Source: an uncultured Candidatus Saccharibacteria bacterium (GTDB lineage Bacteria; Patescibacteriota; Andersenbacteria; UBA10190). From it: a stretch of DNA of 59,976 nt. Position numbers and translations under genes: made by a program. Shown piece after piece: positions 44,446 to 51,953 of the stretch. How positions within the stretch are numbered: position 1 is the first letter of the stretch; each line of letters begins with the position of its first letter. The stretch lies in contig CAYVFG010000004.1 of assembly GCA_964450915.1 (NCBI GenBank), positions 1 through 59,976 of the forward strand, written 5' to 3'. Under the pieces are notes generated by a model. That model ran no database searches. It had not been told where the DNA came from and was given only the letters and a program-made list of their open reading frames with translations.

Positions 44446-45159
44446 CTATATAGTATTTCGTAATTCAGTAAGAGACGCAAGGAGGATATCGGAAGCCAGC
44501 TTTATATTCCCCCCGGGAATACTTGCTGTCTTATAGTATTCTTTCAATCTTGTGGCCATTTTTGCTAATTGCATATTTGAGCCGTATTGCAAGGTATATG
44601 CATGCAGTATGCGTTCTATATCTCTCAATTCTTCATCGGTATATGGCCCGGTTGGCCGTATGGCGGAATATGTTGTAAGCAGCTGGCGCATATCGATAGG
44701 TTCCGCCTTCGCTTCTTCATCGCTTAATGCGAGAACTATGCATCGCGACTTAATAGTTGCAAGGACGCTTCGTTTTGCAGGAGAGCCCAATAAAAATCTG
44801 GTAGAGACTGCAGACTCCTCCAGTGTTTTTAGAAGCATGTTTGCGGATTCCGGAAGCAGTTCTTCTGCGTGCGGAATGCACACGATTCGTTTACCTGAGG
44901 TTGGTCTTGAGGAAATAGTTGCTTTAAATGCTTTAATATCTTTTACGGATATCGTTTTTTTACCCTCTTCAGCGCGAATTATGATCGCATCCGGATGATT
45001 GCCTGAAGCAGATTGCTTGCCCGGCAATGCATGCGCAATTGCGAAGGCGCACAGCTCTTCTAGCTGTTCTTCGTTATGGGAAATTGCCAGAATCGGCTGT
45101 TCTGCATGCGCCGAATCAATCCAAGAGCGTATCTGCGCGCGAACGCTATCTGGAATCAT
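44446..45159 (-). CDS. holB: DNA polymerase III delta-prime-like clamp-loader subunit
   Basis: 237 aa with an AAA+-like core that lacks an intact Walker A. It has ANMLLKTLEE and a SRC-like motif (IKSRCIV). Confidence 0.55.
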   Translation of the reverse strand: MIPDSVRAQIRSWIDSAHAEQPILAISHNEEQLEELCAFAIAHALPGKQSASGNHPDAIIIRAEEGKKTISVKDIKAFKATISSRPTSGKRIVCIPHAEELLPESANMLLKTLEESAVSTRFLLGSPAKRSVLATIKSRCIVLALSDEEAKAEPIDMRQLLTTYSAIRPTGPYTDEELRDIERILHAYTLQYGSNMQLAKMATRLKEYYKTASIPGGNIKLASDILLASLTELRNTI

Positions 45160-46028
45160 TTTCGCTTTGAAATGTAGTACAGGAGCGGCGGTGCTACGAA
45201 GATAGATGAATATGCTCCTGTGATAATACCGATAATAAGCGCTACCACGAACCAGCGAATGGATGATCCTCCAAAAATTAATACAGCAGTCAATGAGAGT
45301 AATGTTGTAAGCGACGTATTTATGGATCGCCCCATTGTTAGCTTAAGTGCTCGGTCTATTACTTCCAAGAAGCTCTTGCCCCGCGATGACATCCATTCAG
45401 ATCGCAATCTGTCGAATATGACAATCGTATCGTTTACGGAATATCCAAGAATCGCAAGCTGGGCGGTAATAAATAGTGTATCAATTTCTGCTCCCCACAA
45501 TTTGCCGAACACTACGAAGAATGCAGTTACCAAGAACAGGTCATGAATAAGGGCATAGATGGCCGCAACACCGAATTTCCATGGAGCAAGCAGTCCGCTC
45601 GCGTTCCTGAACGTGTATGCCAGGTAGATAATCATCACAATCAATACGATGAGAATTGCTTGAGTAGACTTTGTTCGAAGCTCTTTTCCGATTGTCGGAC
45701 CGATTTGCTCAAATGCAATTTCCTTGCCCGTCATAATTTTTGCATCTTGCAATGTGGTAATAATTTTTGCATGAGTTGCATCATCGATAGACGGAGTTTT
45801 GATTCGAATGGTTCCGTCTTGCGTACCCTCCGCTTGCGCTTCGATATGAAATTGATTTGCAAGGAGCTGCTTTACTTGATCTGATTTTTCGGGGTTAGCC
45901 TGGATTTCTATAGAAGATCCCCCGGTAAAATCGATGCCGAAGTTGGGCTTGATAGTGAAAATGAGAATCGTACTGACGATAATTGTCGTTACTGATATAG
46001 TCATCCAAATTTTAGGATTCTTCATCAT
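45156..46028 (-). CDS. secF: protein translocase subunit SecF
   Basis: 290 aa with 6 TM helices and GIDFTGG. It follows secD. Confidence 0.85.
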   Translation of the reverse strand: MMKNPKIWMTISVTTIIVSTILIFTIKPNFGIDFTGGSSIEIQANPEKSDQVKQLLANQFHIEAQAEGTQDGTIRIKTPSIDDATHAKIITTLQDAKIMTGKEIAFEQIGPTIGKELRTKSTQAILIVLIVMIIYLAYTFRNASGLLAPWKFGVAAIYALIHDLFLVTAFFVVFGKLWGAEIDTLFITAQLAILGYSVNDTIVIFDRLRSEWMSSRGKSFLEVIDRALKLTMGRSINTSLTTLLSLTAVLIFGGSSIRWFVVALIIGIITGAYSSIFVAPPLLYYISKRK

Positions 46029-46031
46029 AGC

Positions 46032-47378
46032 TTAGTTGATATCTTTGTTAGGGCGAGCGCCAAGTAAAAATGCTGTATGGGTTTTAGGGTTTGCAAATAC
46101 TATAGTAAGGATGCTGCGGCTTACCGTAATAGCAGTAAACATCGATAAGATAATTCCGAGCGAGAATGTGAGTGCGAACCCCCGTACAATAGATGTTCCG
46201 AATCCGTATAGTACGAATCCTGTAATCAAGCTTGAAACGTTTGATGCCGAAATGGAGCTCCATGCTGCAGAAAATCCTTCTTTGAGGGCAAAGGAAACTG
46301 TTTTTCCGCTTCTAACGTTTTCTCTGAATCTCTCGAAGATCAACACATTGGCATCTACTGCCATACCGATCGACATAATGAATCCGGCGATACCTGCAAG
46401 CGTGAGCGTCACAGGGATTAATTTCATGATTGCGAAAAACAATACTACGTAAATAATAAGTGCAACTGAGGCGATTGCTCCTGGTAAGCGGTATCTGAAT
46501 ACCAGCCATGCAATAACAGCGATAATGCCCGCTAGTCCTGCTCTCATGCTTTTTGTGATAGCAGTTTGTCCAAGGCTTGGACTGATAACGCTTTGGCCGA
46601 TCAATTCAATGGGTACCGGCAATGCTCCGGAGTTTAATCCCCGAACAATTTGCTTAGCTTCGTCGAGCGTGTAGCTTCCCGTAATGACTGCTCGCCCATC
46701 AGGAATGGCGGACTGTACCGTTGGCGCCTGGATGATCGCGCCGTCTAAATAAATGGCGATTTGTTTTCCGATGTTGTCTTTCGTAATTTGAGCGAATAAC
46801 TTTGTTCCTTCTGCATCAAAATTGAGCGTAATTTGCGGCTGACCCGTCGTTTGGTCGAATTCAACAGTAGCTTTTTTCAAGTTTTTTCCAGATAATCCCG
46901 TCGGAATAAATACGTCTGTTGTAAGCGCGCTGTTTCCGGCTTGCGCCTGGATTGCTTTTAATTCATCCGTTGTTGGTTCTCGTCGAAAATCCAAGGTTGG
47001 GGTCTGGCCGATCTGCGCCTTTGCTTGTTCTGGGTCTTGTACGCCGGCGAGCTCCACGATAACGCGGTATTGTCCTTGTACGACGCTTGTTTGGATTAAG
47101 GGCTCCGATACGCCGAATGCATTTACTCTGCGCTCAATAACATCCCGTACGCCCGCAAGCGCTTCTGTAGGATCTTCCCCGCTCTTTTTGTCGATATCCG
47201 CTTTGTATTCCAGTCGAGTCCCCCCCTTTAAATCTAAGCCCAGTTTCACGTCCAAATCCCGCGTAAAGCTTCCAAGAGAAATGCTTGGATGTTTCGGGCT
47301 ATCTATCCATCCGGCAAGGCCGACAACAATAGCCAATACAACCCCCCATATAATCGTTCTTCTGGTACTTCGTAACAT
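46032..47378 (-). CDS. secD: protein translocase subunit SecD
   Basis: 448 aa with LGLDLKGG, a periplasmic domain and 5 C-terminal TM helices. Confidence 0.85.
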   Translation of the reverse strand: MLRSTRRTIIWGVVLAIVVGLAGWIDSPKHPSISLGSFTRDLDVKLGLDLKGGTRLEYKADIDKKSGEDPTEALAGVRDVIERRVNAFGVSEPLIQTSVVQGQYRVIVELAGVQDPEQAKAQIGQTPTLDFRREPTTDELKAIQAQAGNSALTTDVFIPTGLSGKNLKKATVEFDQTTGQPQITLNFDAEGTKLFAQITKDNIGKQIAIYLDGAIIQAPTVQSAIPDGRAVITGSYTLDEAKQIVRGLNSGALPVPIELIGQSVISPSLGQTAITKSMRAGLAGIIAVIAWLVFRYRLPGAIASVALIIYVVLFFAIMKLIPVTLTLAGIAGFIMSIGMAVDANVLIFERFRENVRSGKTVSFALKEGFSAAWSSISASNVSSLITGFVLYGFGTSIVRGFALTFSLGIILSMFTAITVSRSILTIVFANPKTHTAFLLGARPNKDIN

Positions 47379-47400
47379 ACAACCCTATTTGTACCTCAGC

Positions 47401-48312
47401 TTAGAGATCTCTTGCAAGTGCCTGTAATGCAGTAAAATTGCCTAAAACATCCCCTTTTGGCTCGTTGACGACGAATACATCGTCGCGGTTTTTGAATAGA
47501 GACAGAAATTCTAGAACCTGCGTTTTATTCGGGAACGTCTCTTGGACAAAGTCTGTATCCGTAATCCCGTCGTGAGAGTCCGTTCCGTTATATGGCGGCG
47601 TAATGACGTTCATATGAATGAGGCGGGTGCGTGGCGCCATGCGTTTTGAAAAATCCATAACGCGTTGCCATGCGATGTTCGTGTCCTTCTCCTCTACCAA
47701 TATGCGCGTTGCCGTATGAGAAATATCGTTCGCAAACCATGTGCCCTGCTTGGCAGCTAGTTCAAGATTCTCTAGCGAGATATTTCTTGAATCGTATATA
47801 TCAAATCGGTCGTGGTTGATTCTCGACTCTCGTGCCGTAATAGATTCTATCGTCAGTAATACATGTTTAAATTTCGCATATTCTTCCAACTCTTGCGCAG
47901 CGTCTAAAAATAGTTTTTGAGAAATTTCAGATGGCGTATTTTTGCCAGGCATCATTTCCTGTTTCCAGTGTGCGAAATCGATTGTCTCAAGCGCCTCTGC
48001 ACCAGGATGCGCATTTACGTATGCGCATCCGATACTGGCTCCAATATCGATTGTTTGTTTGATTTGGGAAATGGTTTCATTGCGAACATGCTCGTTTTGC
48101 GTGGCCAAATTCGTTTTTATGTTGCCGTCAATGATGCCCCAGTGATGCAGCCCGATTGCAACATTATATTTAGTAAGCCATTCAAGCATATCGTTGTATT
48201 CAAATGCTTTTGTTACATCGAACCACACTTCTGCCATGCGAGCGCCGGCATCGGTAATCACCGCCTGCCCTTCCGCAAAATTCTTCGGCCCAGTTTTAAT
48301 TCCGAGGATCAT
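47401..48312 (-). CDS. xylose isomerase-like TIM-barrel protein (sugar phosphate isomerase/epimerase or AP-endonuclease-2 family)
   Basis: 303 aa with alternating beta/alpha character. HH/H/E metal-ligand-like positions include GLHHWG, VNAHPG and HMNV. Assignment is at family level only. Confidence 0.45.
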   Translation of the reverse strand: MILGIKTGPKNFAEGQAVITDAGARMAEVWFDVTKAFEYNDMLEWLTKYNVAIGLHHWGIIDGNIKTNLATQNEHVRNETISQIKQTIDIGASIGCAYVNAHPGAEALETIDFAHWKQEMMPGKNTPSEISQKLFLDAAQELEEYAKFKHVLLTIESITARESRINHDRFDIYDSRNISLENLELAAKQGTWFANDISHTATRILVEEKDTNIAWQRVMDFSKRMAPRTRLIHMNVITPPYNGTDSHDGITDTDFVQETFPNKTQVLEFLSLFKNRDDVFVVNEPKGDVLGNFTALQALARDL

Positions 48313-48767
48313 AGCTCGCGTAATTCATGTTCGATGATTATGTGCTTATCGTTAAATACAAACCTGCCTTCAAATCGCTTTCCCTGCAAGAACAATGGGA
48401 ACCAGTATGTATCATCTGCCCACATGCTATCAAAGGGGATTTCAAGTGCCGGAAACCATTGCGGCTTCATTTCCTCTGTTTCAATCAATTCCCCGCTAAA
48501 ATCTATTGTCTTAAAAATATGCACCTGCCAGATTTTTTCTTCCTCAGGGAGCGTAAAGTCCAATACCCCAACTTTTTCAAGATCAGAGACTACAAGCCCG
48601 CATTCCTCGAGCACTTCTCGCTTTGTTGCATCTTCAATGCTTTCCCCGTCTTCAACTTTCCCGCCAAATCCATTCCATTTGCCCTGGCCTTTTCCGCGCT
48701 TCGCCTTTCCGAGCAATATCTTGTCGCCTTGTTGGATGAGGCAGAGGGTTAAAAGTTTTTTATTCAT
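48309..48767 (-). CDS. NUDIX hydrolase (MutT-like)
   Basis: Complete Nudix box GKVEDGESIEDATKREVLEECGL. Confidence 0.85.
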   Translation of the reverse strand: MNKKLLTLCLIQQGDKILLGKAKRGKGQGKWNGFGGKVEDGESIEDATKREVLEECGLVVSDLEKVGVLDFTLPEEEKIWQVHIFKTIDFSGELIETEEMKPQWFPALEIPFDSMWADDTYWFPLFLQGKRFEGRFVFNDKHIIIEHELREL

Positions 48768-48769
48768 CT

Positions 48770-49105
48770 TTAAAACATTTTACTTCCGTTCGGAATGGGC
48801 ATGGTGGGGCGGAACAATACGATATCGCCATGTTCGTCTGCAGTGCCAAGTGTGAGCGTTTCTGATATAAACGGTCCAATCTGTTTTGGCGCAAAATTAA
48901 CAACGCCGAGCACTTGAGAGCCGATTAACTCTTCTTTTGTATAGTGTTTGGTAATTTGAGCTGATGATTTTTTCGTTCCAATATTGGGTCCAAAATCAAT
49001 CGTCAGCTTATATGCAGGTTTTCTTGCTTCCGGAAAATCCTCAGTGGTAAGAATAGTTCCCACTCGAATGTCTACCTTTTCAAAATCTTGGTACGAGATG
49101 GTCAT
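48770..49105 (-). CDS. tRNA-binding domain protein (CsaA/EMAP-like OB fold)
   Basis: 111 aa with FEKVDIRVGTI and KLTIDFG...SAQIT, typical of CsaA. Confidence 0.8.
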   Translation of the reverse strand: MTISYQDFEKVDIRVGTILTTEDFPEARKPAYKLTIDFGPNIGTKKSSAQITKHYTKEELIGSQVLGVVNFAPKQIGPFISETLTLGTADEHGDIVLFRPTMPIPNGSKMF

Positions 49106-49515
49106 ACAATTTTCGATAAGTCTTCGTTAATGATCACTGGCTTCATCGCTTCGATTTCTGTTTTGTAATATGGAATTTCAGGGATTGGATGATACAAGAA
49201 AATCTTTTGATTAAGCACATGGGCGAATCCTATTTCGAGGAATGTGTTTCCCCCAATGTAATTTGCGATGCCGTGCTTATCTAGATTAAGCGCGAGGACG
49301 GCATCTGCCCCTTGCATCGCATTCCAAAATTCTCGAATGGCATCCATGTTGTTTTTCTGATGGATTTTTATTTCTTCTTTTTCTTCGTCTGTTTTTCCTA
49401 TAAATGCTTTGTGCAAATCTGTTACAAATGCTTCATGTCCAAGTGCATTGAGTTTTTCTTTCACCTCAAGCATTTGTTCTGTGTATTGCATGCTACCAAT
49501 AATTCCGATTTTCAT
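49102..49515 (-). CDS. nucleoside 2-deoxyribosyltransferase-like protein
   Basis: 137 aa with MKIGIIGSM, ADAVLALN and NYIGGNTFLEIGFA, a Rossmann-like NDT-superfamily pattern. Its stop overlaps the csaA start as ATGA. Confidence 0.6.
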   Translation of the reverse strand: MKIGIIGSMQYTEQMLEVKEKLNALGHEAFVTDLHKAFIGKTDEEKEEIKIHQKNNMDAIREFWNAMQGADAVLALNLDKHGIANYIGGNTFLEIGFAHVLNQKIFLYHPIPEIPYYKTEIEAMKPVIINEDLSKIV

Positions 49516-49516
49516 A

Positions 49517-49819
49517 TTATGATTCTTCTAAAATAATTCTTTTATCAAATTTACCACGCTTTTGCGCTTTTCCTGATTTTGTTTTTTCAATATCCTCTGG
49601 TGCGAATTTCTTATACGCAACAATCGCGTCGAGAACTTCGAGCACATCCGCAAGTTCTTCAATACTTTCCGCTTCAGAAAATTCCTGCACTTCTTCTACT
49701 AGTTTTTCTTTCAACTTTTCCCAATACTCCGCATCCGTAGCAATGTGCGTCACTGCTTTCTCGCCCTTGCTAGCAATAATTTCCGGAATATTGTCGCGTA
49801 CCAGTTTGTTGTATTTCAT
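49517..49819 (-). CDS. all-alpha NTP pyrophosphohydrolase (MazG/PRA-PH-like house-cleaning family)
   Basis: 100 aa with YNKLVRDNIPEII, EE..E and ELADVLEV acidic metal-binding helices, and KRGKFDKRIIL. Confidence 0.7.
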   Translation of the reverse strand: MKYNKLVRDNIPEIIASKGEKAVTHIATDAEYWEKLKEKLVEEVQEFSEAESIEELADVLEVLDAIVAYKKFAPEDIEKTKSGKAQKRGKFDKRIILEES

Positions 49820-49820
49820 A

Positions 49821-50252
49821 TTAACTTAGCTTTTCGTTTAGTTCTTGTGAGAAATCTGCAATTTCATTTTCTGGTAATGGTTTTTGTTTTGTTAATCCAA
49901 AAATTCCAGGTCCGCGAAATTCTGCGGGCAAGTCTTTTGAAATTGCGACAACGTGAAAATGGATATGATTAAATCCTTCTTTTTCAGCAAAGCACATGCT
50001 GTATTCTTTTTGTGTATTCAATTTTTCGTGCAAGAGTTTGATTATTTTTTGTTGAATAGTATGCAGTTCATCCCACTCTTCCGAAGTTAGATCGTGAAGC
50101 GCCTCGACGTGCCGTTTTAGGATTACAACGAGCCATCCTTTTATAGACACAGGATACATATGCTCAACCTGCCAGTACGTACCATTTAGGATAACTGGTC
50201 CTGGCGCAAGGGAAATTTCTCCTTTTAGAGATTGGCAGGTTTTGCAGTTCAT
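49821..50252 (-). CDS. HIT-family nucleotide hydrolase/transferase
   Basis: Histidine triad HIHFHVV, with an N-terminal CxxC (NCKTCQS). Confidence 0.8.
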   Translation of the reverse strand: MNCKTCQSLKGEISLAPGPVILNGTYWQVEHMYPVSIKGWLVVILKRHVEALHDLTSEEWDELHTIQQKIIKLLHEKLNTQKEYSMCFAEKEGFNHIHFHVVAISKDLPAEFRGPGIFGLTKQKPLPENEIADFSQELNEKLS

Positions 50253-50776
50253 ATTTCTGTATTCATATTATGCCTCTTCATGTAGATATCTCGAAAATAG
50301 ATGGCTCCAACCCGCCGGAGCATTTCCATCGAGATCCCGTTATTAAATGCATATGTTTTTAATTGATCGTCCATTTCTGTTCCAAAATCATACACGTTGA
50401 ACATGTCAAAAATGAATTCCTGAATTTCGTACGGATTTGTTTCCTCTCCTTCCGGACATCGTTCCATTAATTCCTCTGTATGCGTATCGATGTAATTTTT
50501 AAATCCGCTGTCGTTCAAATATTTCGTACCGTTTTCTGTGAGCTGAATGGGAGAATGGCTTGAATATGCGTTCGATCGAACGTTATCAATATCCGATTTT
50601 AATTCGTCAATTCTCTCGCCAAGTTCTTGCTTAGTATCGTTTGTTTTCTCGTTCAAGTTCTTAAGCGAAGTTTCGATACGAGCAAATCTGCTCCCTGCCT
50701 GCCACGCAATAACCAACAGGGTCCCTAAAATCCCCAGTGCATATACCCAGTCAATTTGGATTGATATTTCGCTCAT
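50249..50776 (-). CDS. hypothetical membrane-anchored coiled-coil protein
   Basis: 175 aa with one N-terminal TM helix, a coiled coil (SLKNLNEKTNDTKQELGERIDELKSDIDN) and a helical C-terminal domain. It is the first gene of the coupled run. Confidence 0.5.
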   Translation of the reverse strand: MSEISIQIDWVYALGILGTLLVIAWQAGSRFARIETSLKNLNEKTNDTKQELGERIDELKSDIDNVRSNAYSSHSPIQLTENGTKYLNDSGFKNYIDTHTEELMERCPEGEETNPYEIQEFIFDMFNVYDFGTEMDDQLKTYAFNNGISMEMLRRVGAIYFRDIYMKRHNMNTEI

Positions 50777-50828
50777 AGTTTAAGAATACAGATAGTAAAT
50801 ACGTTTGGCTATCTTGATTTTTCAAGAA

Positions 50829-51101
50829 TTATTCCAAAGAAATGATCTGAACCCCCCTTTCTTCTACCTCTTTTTTCGACCAAAAAAGTTCATCGATTTT
50901 AAACTTGCCCACATATGTAACCATTTTTTGTATTTCTCTCCCAGTATATTGTTTTGTTTTAGGGTCCCATTCTTTTAATAACAGTGCATCGCCTTCATTT
51001 ACTGCGAAATCATTTAAACGCAATTCATATTTCTTTTTACCAGAAAGAATTGCTTCAAAATATTTTGGCCATACTTTCTTCTCGATAATTTTATTTTTCA
51101 T
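50829..51101 (-). CDS. ASCH/DUF3850-like PUA-fold protein
   Basis: 90 aa. KKVWPKYFEAILSGKKKYELRLND...EGDALLLKEW matches the DUF3850 pattern. Confidence 0.7.
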   Translation of the reverse strand: MKNKIIEKKVWPKYFEAILSGKKKYELRLNDFAVNEGDALLLKEWDPKTKQYTGREIQKMVTYVGKFKIDELFWSKKEVEERGVQIISLE

Positions 51102-51109
51102 AGCACTTC

Positions 51110-51532
51110 TTAAGCTTCTTGCTTAGGAAACAGCTCCTCTTTTAAGATCTCTAATACGAGGTCCATTTTAAGGTCTGACTCCTCGATCGCTACTGCTAGT
51201 GAATCAAGCCCATCATATGCTCTTATCTGGGGACTTAGCTTTTGAATAGTGCAGTAAACTCTAAACCACAGAACACTCAGTCTTTTGTTTCCATCAGTTA
51301 CAGGATGATTTTTGATAATCAAATAAAGATATGCCACTGCCTTATCCTCGGCTGAAGGAAATCGTTCAAGTCCGAAATAAAAAGAATTAACTGTTTTGAC
51401 AACAGTGTCTATTTTTTTTCGTTGTTCGTCGTGCAATGGAAAAGAAACCTGCTTCTTTTCATGCAGTAGCCTATATGCTTCGCAAAGCACTTCGGAGATC
51501 GGGTGCATGGATGTCTTTTTCGCCTCTGTCAT
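51110..51532 (-). CDS. Doc (death-on-curing)/Fic-family toxin
   Basis: Core motif HPVTDGNKR, matching HxFxD(A/G)NKR. The size is about 134-141 aa depending on the start (Met at 51532 or 51508), and the ORF is open to 51610. Confidence 0.7.
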   Translation of the reverse strand: MTEAKKTSMHPISEVLCEAYRLLHEKKQVSFPLHDEQRKKIDTVVKTVNSFYFGLERFPSAEDKAVAYLYLIIKNHPVTDGNKRLSVLWFRVYCTIQKLSPQIRAYDGLDSLAVAIEESDLKMDLVLEILKEELFPKQEA

Positions 51533-51659
51533 ATTGCTTGAGTGATTCAATTTCTTTTTCAACGCTGGAATAAGCATCGGAAAGAACCTTCTCTGTTGCA
51601 GAAGATACAACTATAGACGTTTCGTTACTACCGGAAAAAAAAGTTCTGAAGCCCCACAT
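51471..51659 (-). CDS. possible antitoxin-position ORF overlapping the doc start
   Basis: 62-aa ORF in a different frame, immediately downstream of the consensus promoter. It has no clear RBS and overlaps doc by 38-62 nt, so it is uncertain. Confidence 0.3.
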   Translation of the reverse strand: MWGFRTFFSGSNETSIVVSSATEKVLSDAYSSVEKEIESLKQYDRGEKDIHAPDLRSALRSI

Positions 51660-51711
51660 AGGAGTAAGTATACCTTAATTACTAATAAACTCTATATTAA
51701 ATAAGATTAAT

Positions 51712-51740
51712 ATTATGATCTAAGCCTAGCATCTTGTCAA
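51712..51740 (-). promoter_or_regulatory. near-consensus sigma70 promoter of the doc module
   Basis: The minus strand reads TTGACA (51740-51735), a 17-nt spacer and CATAAT (51717-51712). Confidence 0.6.
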
Positions 51741-51755
51741 GATATAGAATATTAT

Positions 51756-51953
51756 TTATTTTTTAATATGCTTATTATTTGATTCCCTGATTTGTTCCTT
51801 GAGTTTCCTGGTTTCTTCAGAGTTCTTTGTGAGTTTTTTAATATCCTCTCGCGCTAATTTTTCGCTTATACTAACAGGAGCTTCTTTTTCTGGTAAAGAA
51901 ATCGTTCTTGCTAAATACTCTGAGATATTCGGTTGGTGTAAATTGAGGCTCAT
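51756..51953 (-). CDS. hypothetical small charged protein
   Basis: 65 aa, Lys/Glu-rich. Its start overlaps the stop of the upstream protease gene by 4 nt. Confidence 0.4.
   Translation of the reverse strand: MSLNLHQPNISEYLARTISLPEKEAPVSISEKLAREDIKKLTKNSEETRKLKEQIRESNNKHIKK

Noticed and set aside
47917-48855. 312-aa ORF on the plus strand. Similar long antisense ORFs lie at 25282-26022, 35503-36141, 8018-8611, 11870-12622 and 5325-5924.
   Set aside because: All lie entirely antisense to genes with strong family motifs: the TIM-barrel/NUDIX genes, xseA, lysS, ftsE, the giant protein and the 5262-5891 ORF. Their products are low-complexity or rich in Ser, Cys and Arg, as expected for shadow ORFs.
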